Shown here: positions 19,029 through 29,200 of the stretch, piece by piece
How the letters are laid out: every line of letters starts with the position of its first letter
Numbering within the stretch: position 1 is the stretch's first letter
Source: a virus
IMG/VR virus record: IMGVR_UViG_3300035179_000003
Coordinates: 1 to 64,000 of that record
Reading direction: 5' to 3' (one strand)
DNA length: 64,000 nt
The notes under the pieces: generated by a model
Databases searched by the model: none
The model's input: only the letters and a program-made list of their open reading frames with translations
What the model was told of the DNA's origin: nothing
Made by a program: the position numbers and the translations under genes

Positions 19029-19286
19029 AATGCTTTTAAAGCCGGGTGCTTGTTCCCGTTGATCCACTTCGAGATTGTTTAAAGTCCGTACTTTATCCTG
19101 TACACTGACTCTTTCAAGTCTGTTTAATACAGGATTTACAGAGCAAGGAACTAGTGGAGTATTCCTTGGTGTGTTCTTAAACTTTACTTTAAACTGCTGC
19201 ATAGATAAACAACCTAAGCCCTCTAATCAACTCTTACGTTGAATCTCACGATTCAAGCTCCGGCCCTTGTGGCCGGAGTAGTTGAC
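19029..19286 (-). ncRNA. Predicted omega-RNA scaffold of IscB
   Basis: Lies between element left end and PLMP start; begins GTCAACTA-CTCCGGCC-ACAAG-GGCCGGAG-CTTGAATCGTGAGATTCAA (consecutive hairpins). Confidence 0.75.
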
Positions 19287-19990
19287 GCTGAAAGTTCTGT
19301 TCTTAAAAGTCTTTTTGCTTGTATACTTACCATATTATCCTCAATATCATTTTTGTAATTCCCGGTTATGAATTCCGCGAACCTCTTATAAATCGCCGGC
19401 CACTCATCTGACATTGAAACCATCTTCCTCATTTCTAAGGCAATCAATGCCGCTAAAGAAGGGGGAGGGCAATAAATGCCTTCCTGATAAAATATAATAC
19501 AAATATACTTCTCGACATCTATACTGAATTCACCGTTTCGATCCGGACGAATGTGGTTCATGGTTTTTACGCACTTAATAACATCACCTGGTGAAGGAGA
19601 CCTTAATAGTTCAAAGTCCGCTATAGAGCCTCCAAATGCGTTACAGAGTTGATTGAATTCGAACCAATCGAAAAATGCCGCGTCATTACGGCATAGGTGT
19701 CTGATTGCCAAAACCTTATCTCTGTTTACGTCTTCCAGGGCAAGTCCATAATCCGTCCAGAGTTTATGAAATATAGTTTCTATTTCCCACTCCCACCAAT
19801 CCTGACCAAATTCTTTATTTAAAAAATCATAAATATCGATGGTTGATGATGCTTCATCATTAAGCAAGGTGTTTATCTTGGTAATATTAACGATAGGTTT
19901 AGGTCGCTCCAGTTGTTTCTGGATCGTTTCAATAAGTGATTGATCACCAAGAAGATGGGCATCGTATAGTTGTTCAGACAATTTTTTCAT
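19253..19990 (-). CDS. Hypothetical virion/head-region protein; last ~10 aa supplied by the IscB element
   Basis: 245-aa ORF in structural block; the terminal STTPATRAGA* is read from the element left end. Confidence 0.75.
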   Translation of the reverse strand: MKKLSEQLYDAHLLGDQSLIETIQKQLERPKPIVNITKINTLLNDEASSTIDIYDFLNKEFGQDWWEWEIETIFHKLWTDYGLALEDVNRDKVLAIRHLCRNDAAFFDWFEFNQLCNAFGGSIADFELLRSPSPGDVIKCVKTMNHIRPDRNGEFSIDVEKYICIIFYQEGIYCPPPSLAALIALEMRKMVSMSDEWPAIYKRFAEFITGNYKNDIEDNMVSIQAKRLLRTELSASTTPATRAGA

Positions 19991-20024
19991 TTGTAAAAAG
20001 CCGTTTTCAACATTTCGTTCTTTA

Positions 20025-20690
20025 TTACAACAGTTTACCTTTGAATAAAACTTGATCGATCGGTTTTAATTCCTGAAAAGCCTTCACAGGATTGTCGCTA
20101 TACGATTTAGAAAATTTTTCACCGAATATAGACGCGACCTTCTCCATCTTAACCTTCTTACATGCCACCTTCCTAAGATCAAGCGAAGACACTTTAATAT
20201 GTTCGGATATCCGCTCCTCGGAAGGATCGAATCCAAAAACAGTAAGAACCGGATCCGGTATTTCTTTGTCATACCCAGACTGCAGGTTCGCCAGTTTATC
20301 GAATTCAAGTAAGGCATGTAGAACTACAAGTCCAGGAAAGTTGTCAGTGGCCAATGATGCTATCTTATCAAGCATCTTGATTGCATCGACACCGACCACG
20401 GTAGTCTTCATTGGATGGCATGCAACTTTCCGAAACTCAATCCCCTTCTTAAAAAAGTCAGAGATATTTGCCTTTAGATTCGCAACCTTAGCATAATTAG
20501 AAACGATCTGATTGTCGATGACGACATTAAGATCGTTCGCTCTCTTTTCGAGATTGGTTGCAAAAGTAATTCGATCCTGAACATCAAATCTTTCAAGAAA
20601 TTTTACAAAATAAGCCGCAGCCAATTTGACATGTTCAGCCGTCTCTATCGGATAACGTTCACGTATACAATAATGCATTTTTTGCTCCAT
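20025..20690 (-). CDS. Hypothetical head-associated protein
   Basis: RYPI.T..HV..A..YF N-terminus; multiple K-[VIL]-A motifs. Confidence 0.65.
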   Translation of the reverse strand: MEQKMHYCIRERYPIETAEHVKLAAAYFVKFLERFDVQDRITFATNLEKRANDLNVVIDNQIVSNYAKVANLKANISDFFKKGIEFRKVACHPMKTTVVGVDAIKMLDKIASLATDNFPGLVVLHALLEFDKLANLQSGYDKEIPDPVLTVFGFDPSEERISEHIKVSSLDLRKVACKKVKMEKVASIFGEKFSKSYSDNPVKAFQELKPIDQVLFKGKLL

Positions 20691-20692
20691 TT

Positions 20693-21580
20693 TTATGTAC
20701 TCGAAATTAAGATACCCTTTTTAAAAACCATTTCACCGGACGTATCGTTTGGTTTTACATAAGTAATTGTTATGTCTATCCCGGACTGTTCGACAGCGCC
20801 TGTTATAACAGAAAGCTCGGAATCAGCCCCAAGAGTTAATTTACTATCCTTTCCCGATACGGTCGCCACTCCTTTTATATCTAATGCATCATAAATGGTC
20901 GTTTGTGTCTTGAATACCGAATCTAAAACCGATTCAATACCGTCTGTTCTCATTCTATTAACATTAAGAGCAGGCGCGAATCCACGAAGCGTTGTAGGAG
21001 TTACACTGGATATTTTTCCATCATTATCTAAAACAACGGTACCCAATAAAACCGAATAATCATTTGGGGCCGAAGCCGTATAAACTGAAATTACGTCATC
21101 GACAATACTTTGTATCGCATCACCGGCAGCGGCAGCTTTATCATCGTAAACTATTTCGGTCTCACCTTCAATATTAATGAGCGTTATTTTTTTACCTTCA
21201 GGATTTAATAAAGATTCCCGGAATTCAGCCATATCATGGTTTGCATAAATGTATTTTGTCCCTGGGCCATAAACACTTTTTGTAATATCTTTATTAAAAA
21301 TTATAATGTTTCCTGACGGGGTAAACGCTAATCCGCTTGAAACACTGATTGAAGATTTTGTTTTTTCAGATAATACCATTCCGCGTAAAACCCGCCCTTC
21401 GTCAGAATCGCCAACGACACCTCGAACGACACGGCGAACATTTTCCATCATTGCGGATTGAATCGACCATTTGGTAATATCTACAAAATCCCCTGTTCCA
21501 TATGACGGGGAAGGGTAATCGGTTCCCAGGATTTCATGTATACGTTCTTTAATACCAATCTTTACATTAACCCTTCTCAT
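20693..21580 (-). CDS. Putative structural (tail/baseplate-associated) protein
   Basis: Beta-rich, SVSSGLAFTPSG.II motif; coupled within the structural operon. Confidence 0.55.
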   Translation of the reverse strand: MRRVNVKIGIKERIHEILGTDYPSPSYGTGDFVDITKWSIQSAMMENVRRVVRGVVGDSDEGRVLRGMVLSEKTKSSISVSSGLAFTPSGNIIIFNKDITKSVYGPGTKYIYANHDMAEFRESLLNPEGKKITLINIEGETEIVYDDKAAAAGDAIQSIVDDVISVYTASAPNDYSVLLGTVVLDNDGKISSVTPTTLRGFAPALNVNRMRTDGIESVLDSVFKTQTTIYDALDIKGVATVSGKDSKLTLGADSELSVITGAVEQSGIDITITYVKPNDTSGEMVFKKGILISST

Positions 21581-21908
21581 TCAATAACTCCTGTGGAGAA
21601 TCCGGTGGAGGATTTATGTTTTTTGTTTCGGATACATATTTTGCGGCCCATTCTTTTTGTTTATTTTTATCAATAAATTTTTCAGCCACCCCAACAAGGG
21701 CCTCAATAGCTCCAATGGTTTTTTGAAATTCTTTATTAAGTTTTTCAATTGCCGTATACGCATCCTTTAAAGCTGCGTCGATATTACTTGCCTGTCGATC
21801 GTACATCATTAATTTTTCAAAAATACTTTTTGATTCGTCTGGTTGTTCGTCAACGTGCCGTGATAAATACGCGATCGCCAATCTTGTTTCTTTTTCCATA
21901 AACATCAC
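21567..21908 (-). CDS. Hypothetical coiled-coil protein
   Basis: AAAGGTGA RBS; helical heptad pattern. Confidence 0.65.
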   Translation of the reverse strand: MMFMEKETRLAIAYLSRHVDEQPDESKSIFEKLMMYDRQASNIDAALKDAYTAIEKLNKEFQKTIGAIEALVGVAEKFIDKNKQKEWAAKYVSETKNINPPPDSPQELLNEKG

Positions 21909-21912
21909 CTTT

Positions 21913-22980
21913 CTAAACTAGTTGATAACGGTAATAATAATTATATAATTCAGAATTACCATCTTGTGCATAAATGTTTTCTGCGACGGTAAATCTTTCA
22001 TTGTTCGAATCATCAATATCAAATATATTTTGAAAAATTCCATCATACAATAATACTTTTTCAATAATTTGTGGAGGATTATTAATCGTAGAACTAAGAT
22101 ATCGTGAAGACCTCCACCGTTCAAGAATAATATTACTTCCGTCCGTTCCCAGAACAATACCAAACCATTTATCACTATCGACTAGTCTTAATTCAAGTAT
22201 ATCTCCTATTGATATTTTAGCGGTCATTTCATTATAAATGTCGCTTGATCCCGTTATAATAACAATATCCTGACTTGTTATGGGATCAAATTCAATATCA
22301 GCACTTTGCGTCGAACCGATATAAAATTTTGGTAATGACGGTACCAGTGAAAAATAATCGATCGGTACAAGAATTCTTGAATCCTTTTTAAAACGAATGC
22401 CTGGAACGCCAGCCCATCGAATACGTTTATATTGAGAACTTACGGATGTTAATGGGGCAAAATATTCAATATCAAATCGAGTGGTTGTAATTCTCGAATC
22501 TTCACTGAAATTAAAAAATTTTGCTATGTTCAATAATTCGTTTTCAGAATCAACTATGCCCGAAATATCAACGTCGTATATTGGAAATATATTTCCAAAT
22601 TGAAATATATCGATAAATTCAGGTTCGATTTGAAGAAAACATTTAAAATTGTTTAATTTTTCAATATTTAACAGTCCGGTAAACGACGTCAACGTCGTTA
22701 TATAATTTTCTTCATTCGGTTTATAACACTGAATTTTTGACTTATCCACTATATGATATGTTCGAGTTATTCGTATGCCGGATTCATAAATATCATATGT
22801 ACCATCCGGCAATGGCGAACTGATAAAATAACCATTGTCATCTGATTTTATCGAATCAACAATAACAGAACCGGTTGTAGGATTTGATGTTTTAATAACT
22901 ATTTGAGCATTGCGCAAAATGTTGCCGGCACTATCCGTAATATAGCCTTGAATTGATTTAGATCGAAGATTTGATCCCAT
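21913..22980 (-). CDS. Structural protein with N-terminal carboxypeptidase-regulatory/prealbumin-like fold
   Basis: IQGYITDSAG..L.NA.I...SDDNGYF....LPDGTYDI. Confidence 0.65.
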   Translation of the reverse strand: MGSNLRSKSIQGYITDSAGNILRNAQIVIKTSNPTTGSVIVDSIKSDDNGYFISSPLPDGTYDIYESGIRITRTYHIVDKSKIQCYKPNEENYITTLTSFTGLLNIEKLNNFKCFLQIEPEFIDIFQFGNIFPIYDVDISGIVDSENELLNIAKFFNFSEDSRITTTRFDIEYFAPLTSVSSQYKRIRWAGVPGIRFKKDSRILVPIDYFSLVPSLPKFYIGSTQSADIEFDPITSQDIVIITGSSDIYNEMTAKISIGDILELRLVDSDKWFGIVLGTDGSNIILERWRSSRYLSSTINNPPQIIEKVLLYDGIFQNIFDIDDSNNERFTVAENIYAQDGNSELYNYYYRYQLV

Positions 22981-22996
22981 AATAGTAATATACCAT

Positions 22997-25900
22997 TTAT
23001 TTGGAAACTAATTTAAAATAAGTTATGCCAAACTTTTTAATATCTTCTTGGATATTATTTTTATTATAAAGAAACGCTTGATCATTTAACCATGGATAAT
23101 TTCCATTTGGCCAATTATCTAATGTTCTTTTTCCTACATATTGCATAGTAGTTCCATCTGCAGGATATTCTTTTTTTCGAACTACTCTAATTCTAAACAG
23201 ACAATGTTGTTCTAAATCATCAATGTCCAGATATTTAATAATATAATTATTATTATATTTTATGGAGCTAAATATTTCAAAATTTTGATTTTTACTAATC
23301 ATATATCTTGCTTCTCCGATATTTAATTGCGATATATAAGTATTCGTCGGAGTATTGGCAAGATCAATAACTATTGTATCATTAATAAATAATTCATTAT
23401 CAAGCGTGGCTTTGTCTTTTTTTACATATAATTTAATAAATGAATATTGAGAAAGATAATCATATGTTTCCGCGTAAATAATATGATATGAAGTGTTGCT
23501 ATAATTATTGGTAAGAACACCATTTGTCAAACTATTAATAACATCATCAGAAAGTTCAATATCAAACCGTGCATTATAAAAATCAGCATTCGCCACGACA
23601 AAAGAAGTTATTTCACCGACTTTTTCTTCGGTAATTGTTCCTGCCACGATAAAAAGATTGTTATGTATTATTTTATCAACAATTTTTTCGGTATCGGTGG
23701 AAATGGTATTAAGAGATTTCCAATTATTGGTTTTCCATGTTTCGATAACGATATCCGATTTATAATTATCGTCGATCATGTATGCAAAACCTGAAAAATA
23801 AGAATAAAGCCATTTCTTTTTATCTGGAACGCCATTGAAATCTTTATGGTTAAATTCTTGAAATAATGTTGATAAATCAATATCAGTAATATAAGAAGGG
23901 TTTTCCCGATCGATATAAGAAGAATATTTATCTCCGAATTTCCATACCTTGTTATCAATTAAAAAATTTAATCTGATATCATATTCTTTACTATCAAACT
24001 CTACGATATAAGTACCAAATTTTTCAAATTCTTCTTGCTGCGGTCTTATAAGACTTAAAAAGCGATATGGTCTTTCATGATATATTAAATGAGCAGGATA
24101 TTCAAATCCATCATATTCAATTTCGGAATAATCCGATTGAATTACGTTTAAAATACCAAATGTAAATGATTTATCCCCATAATATATATATCGATCATTA
24201 TTTGCGTCATATACTGTTTCTTCGTACAATCTGTGGGATCCGGCTTTTATATAATTTTGTTTACAATAAATCTGAGTTTTTTTATATCCTCCGGTAAAAT
24301 CCATTATAATACGTTCGGAAACCGAACCTGGGCAAAATGGAAATTCTACGTTATAAACCACGAGATGATTTCCGTCTTTTGCGCGTATGGTTTTAAAAGA
24401 ATCATTTTTTTGAAGAATTTTAATATACCCGTTGATTCCGGGTAATTTTAACATTGGACGGAATAACTCATATTCCTGAACATCGTTATAATTTGGATAA
24501 TTTAATAACCGCGACACGCTGTTTGGTATAGGAATATGATTAGGGTCATCCGGTAAGTATGATGATTCGGGATGATAGTTACTACAATAAAGTTTAATGA
24601 ATTCCGATATCGATCCATTATTTAAAACATCAAAACCATAACCCATTCCGGAAACGGTCATTTTATTATCAGTATATAAACCGGTATCCGCAAGATCGGT
24701 AATCCAAAATAATTTTCTCACACCAGTACCGACAACACCACCGATTAAATCATCAAGACATGCATCTTGTCTTCTTAAAATATTTGAAAAATTATTATAA
24801 AATCCGGTTCCATGAATAAATAAATTGGTATCCGGGCTTCGTATGGTTACTGTGTGAATAATATCGGTATTATATTCATGTTCGTTTAATTTACTATCAA
24901 GCTCTTTAATAAAAGAATAAGGAGCCTTGATTTCGAGAAACATGGTCGGATTTTCATAAAACGTTTCGGCATTTTCAAATTTTATTGGTTTTCTATCTTC
25001 ATTTACAAAACTAAATTCAATAATTTGTCCATCCGATAATGGCTTAACCATCATATATGGTTGGGTCATAACGATTGCAGAATGCCGCCTATTACGTTCG
25101 GTATCGATATCGATTCCCTCAAGCATTATATTACTTAAATTATCAGGATCCATCGTTTGTATTGAATATAAATTTTCATTATCCCGAATCATATATTTAC
25201 AAATACTAAATGAAATCCTTGATTGATCATCATATTCTTTAAGATGAATCCCGGGGTGGCGTATTAATTTTATGGTATCATAAAGTATATCAGACCATGC
25301 TCTGGCATATATTTTTTTAGGTATGACACGGCCGCAATCTTTAATTTCTGGATAAAATGAAATAATATTACTGGAATCATCTGGTGGATGCCTAAATGGA
25401 TATGTATTACTCCAATCCGATGAATTTATAAATGTTAAAAATGGATTGTGCGGATCATAATCATTAGTACCGCAAACAATTTCATCATATTCATATTTAA
25501 AATTTTTTAATTGAGTAATTTCTTGTTTATCGATTATAATTTTATAATCTATCAACATTTTAATATCATTAGGATAGGAGAAAAAATAATTCCTAATATT
25601 ATCCCCGGTTATACCACAAAATAAATTTTTAAATGCCGGAATATTAATTTTAAAATAGTCATCGGATAGGGTATGCGATACTATATATTCATATCCCCAG
25701 ATATATTTATTATATCCAACATAAGACGCTTTATCGAGATTACATTTAAAGCCTAGCGCTTTATAAACAGGAAGCCTTCCAAGCCAATGATTAACGGTCA
25801 ATACGTGGTCAATATCATTACCTGGTTCGTATGATTCCGTTATTAAATCGGATTTATCTAAAAATTGAATTAAATCATATTCTGAATAATTTTGTGATAT

Positions 25901-26233
25901 ACTACGATATTGTTTCGTCGTTAATTCAAAAGTATGGGGTGAATATTGTTCCCTAACCGCATCTGCAAAAAATGGAAATTGATTTGATAGCTCGGTAACG
26001 TCTTTGTATTCCTGATACATTATACTTTTATCACTAAAAAAAGAAACATAACAGGTATGTTTATTAATAAATGTATTATTGTTATGTTTGAATAAAAAAT
26101 CAGCTAACCATGAATATTTCTCAGAAGAAAATCCATATGATAACCCAGCAGCTATCGGCTTGCTTAGATTATTAAAATTACTGATAATCGAATGATAATA
26201 TGATGAACGTTTTGGATTTATAAGTTTTAACAC
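22997..26233 (-). CDS. Large hypothetical virion protein (1078 aa)
   Basis: Long ORF coupled within the structural block. Confidence 0.7.
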   Translation of the reverse strand: MLKLINPKRSSYYHSIISNFNNLSKPIAAGLSYGFSSEKYSWLADFLFKHNNNTFINKHTCYVSFFSDKSIMYQEYKDVTELSNQFPFFADAVREQYSPHTFELTTKQYRSISQNYSEYDLIQFLDKSDLITESYEPGNDIDHVLTVNHWLGRLPVYKALGFKCNLDKASYVGYNKYIWGYEYIVSHTLSDDYFKINIPAFKNLFCGITGDNIRNYFFSYPNDIKMLIDYKIIIDKQEITQLKNFKYEYDEIVCGTNDYDPHNPFLTFINSSDWSNTYPFRHPPDDSSNIISFYPEIKDCGRVIPKKIYARAWSDILYDTIKLIRHPGIHLKEYDDQSRISFSICKYMIRDNENLYSIQTMDPDNLSNIMLEGIDIDTERNRRHSAIVMTQPYMMVKPLSDGQIIEFSFVNEDRKPIKFENAETFYENPTMFLEIKAPYSFIKELDSKLNEHEYNTDIIHTVTIRSPDTNLFIHGTGFYNNFSNILRRQDACLDDLIGGVVGTGVRKLFWITDLADTGLYTDNKMTVSGMGYGFDVLNNGSISEFIKLYCSNYHPESSYLPDDPNHIPIPNSVSRLLNYPNYNDVQEYELFRPMLKLPGINGYIKILQKNDSFKTIRAKDGNHLVVYNVEFPFCPGSVSERIIMDFTGGYKKTQIYCKQNYIKAGSHRLYEETVYDANNDRYIYYGDKSFTFGILNVIQSDYSEIEYDGFEYPAHLIYHERPYRFLSLIRPQQEEFEKFGTYIVEFDSKEYDIRLNFLIDNKVWKFGDKYSSYIDRENPSYITDIDLSTLFQEFNHKDFNGVPDKKKWLYSYFSGFAYMIDDNYKSDIVIETWKTNNWKSLNTISTDTEKIVDKIIHNNLFIVAGTITEEKVGEITSFVVANADFYNARFDIELSDDVINSLTNGVLTNNYSNTSYHIIYAETYDYLSQYSFIKLYVKKDKATLDNELFINDTIVIDLANTPTNTYISQLNIGEARYMISKNQNFEIFSSIKYNNNYIIKYLDIDDLEQHCLFRIRVVRKKEYPADGTTMQYVGKRTLDNWPNGNYPWLNDQAFLYNKNNIQEDIKKFGITYFKLVSK

Positions 26234-29200
26234 ATCATCACCGCGCTTCCGCCAAATTTAACATTATTAATGATATTACTTTTTCCTTTATCATAAGTAT
26301 TATTTATATAAATAATTAAAAGATTTTGGATGTCATCAAAATAAAATTCATATCTTCCGTCATTAAAGATCGAATTAAGCAATCCGCCGATATATTTATC
26401 CGTTTTAAATAATATAATCGATCGTGTTCCCGAATCAAAATAGGCGGTTACCTGATATATGATCTTATTTGGCTTATCAGATAAATAAGAATAATCTTTT
26501 CTGAATTCTTTTAATCTAATTACTACCTTCGATTCCCGACAAAATTCATATCTGTGTATTATTTCCAGATCCCTATAAACTTTTGTTCTGGTTTTAAAAT
26601 TTTGATCAAAGACAGAAAATTTATCCTGAAAAATAGTCTCTATGTCATCTGATTTTATAATCATGTTATTTACTAATAATTCATAGGGGCCGATATCGAC
26701 AATTCCTGATATATAAATCCTTGGATTACCGATAATATCAAATTGTTCAGTAACATATGAGTTATCGCCGGCATCATATATAGGAGACGATTTTTTACAT
26801 AGAAAAGACCGCTCCATAAGATAAAGAACATCAAACAATCTTTCTGTTAATGTAACATATTTAAATTCAGGATCGATGCTTTCAAGAGAATCAATTGCTG
26901 TTTGTACAAAAACAAATGGATAATCGCTAAAATTATAAGTCAAATTATTTTTAATAATATCATTATTATTAGGAGACGTCTGAAACTTTAACGTATCATT
27001 ATAATAAGATATTATTTTGGTATTAATACAGGTATTCGGGTCGTCTGATTTAAGAGATAACTGCATGGTATCTACATTTGAGGTATTCCGATATATTAAT
27101 AATGAATTAATCGTTTCTATTACGCCTTCTTCTATTATTGCATCATTATTTATCTGTACGATACAATTGACAAATCTGAGTTTATGAACATCATTAATAA
27201 GATAATCCTGCGAAACATCATAAGTACTGAAAATTTTTAAATTTTTAAATTCAACAATACTTTGATTTGAATCATTATCAATAAGAGGCCCTTGATACGC
27301 TAACGTACTTGGACCTCGTTTTATTTCCCGTGGAAATGTCGCAATAGTAACGGTTCTGGACTCTCTATCATAAAGTGTAAACGTTCCAGCAAAAGTCTCG
27401 CCGCCCTGGGCGTATATGATTAAATTATCGACTAATTTTAAATTACCATTTTGGGATTCATGTTTCAGGAATTCATTTAATGAATATCGCGGATTCCCAC
27501 TATAATATTCATTGGTATTAAATTGAACCAATGGATTAACGTCGGTTAAAAAATTAGCTTCCGGATTCCCATCATCTCCTATTTTTCTTAAATATAAAAT
27601 CATTGTTCCTGGAATTGTTCCGTTAAAAGCATTAACGTTAAAAAATATTTCTCCGACGTTTAAATCTCCGAAACCGGTAATATCAAGCGATTCAAAGGCT
27701 CCGATATCCCATTTAAGCAATTCCCTTAATGATCCGAAAATATCATCAACAAATAGGCGACTTATATCAGCCGCATTATCGACGGCATAAAAGTCTTCAT
27801 ATTCATCAAGATAATAATTCCCTTCCCATCTATTTAAAAATTTAATTTGTCGATCTTCTGATATAATATTGTTTCTAAAATAAAAATTTCCTTTTCTGTT
27901 TGAGTATTCGCATGCCACATTTCTTAATTCGGAATATTGGAATAAATTATTTCTAACATAGGCTGTTGTCGTATATTTATAATCGCTTTTATAAAAACGA
28001 AGGGCCTGTCTGCATCGTGAAATGGTATTATTTAAAATAAAAACACTCGACCAGTCCCTTTCATCATAAATATTATTAGAATAATCGTTCATGTTTCCTG
28101 TATTGATCCCGTATCCGGAACATTCATAAATTAAATTATTAATAATATAATTTTCTTTCGTGAAATCGATTCTTAATCCAATATTTTTAATAATATTATA
28201 CCAAACGCATACTCCTCCTGAATTAAGAATCGTAACGCCATTCATTATTTGCATTCCGGATATTTCCGAGCATTCACATCCGGTTAATATAATTGAATTT
28301 ATTGCAGCGCCAATGCCAAGCATACCATTATGTTTTTGTGATTTATTACATTCCGTTTGTTCATTTTTAGGAGCAAAAATTTGCACAAAATGATCGACGT
28401 CGGCATTTACGTTTGTTAATGAAAGATCGCTATTTAATATATTATCATCAAAATACACAATACCAAATCGTACTTTACCAACTATTAAATCTGAAAAGCG
28501 AAGAATAATATCGTTTGATAAAGAAATGTTTGGTATATAAATTTTACTAACCACTCCATGATTTCTATCGGTTAATGAATACCCATACATGTCGCATACG
28601 ATCCAATGTCGAAGAGATAGTTTTCGTGTAAGAATACAACTTAATGGAAATGGATTATTATTATCGACTACTTCGCATCCAACGGCAAGTTTATTATTTA
28701 CTTGATCTTCTGAAAAAATAATTAAGCTATAATGCTCAAATGTTTTAACTTGGTAGGTTACTATACTACTTGATTTTTTTGTTTTAAGATCGGTATTATA
28801 CGAGCTTATTCCTATATTTACAAGACATGGAATATATTCTAATGCGCCAATATCCCAAACACGATCTCGTATCCAGTTCGTCGCATCAATTGAAAATTTT
28901 TCAATTAATGAAAATCCCGTTCCACGCATTGATATACTATCATTTTTCGGACGATAATTACGAAGAGGGTATTCTGATTGATAATCAACATATTCAAATG
29001 GAACAAAACTCATGCATTTATTTCTATAACCAGCTGATGAATCACTGGAAAGGCAATATTGAATATTTTCATTATTAAAAAATGAACATCGGGTCGAAAT
29101 GTTATTAATTAGATCATCAGTTGGTTTATTATAAAAACCAATAACATCACATTCATCAACAGTATTATTATAAACATAATCTTTTCCGGAACAGATTATT

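Larger units (their letters stand above)
17848..19286 (-). mobile_element. IS200/IS605-family IscB (OMEGA) element, no tnpA
   Basis: Left end GTCAACTACTCCGG-hairpin at 19286, omega-RNA region, iscB ORF; right boundary inferred from restoring GCA TAA on excision. Confidence 0.8.
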
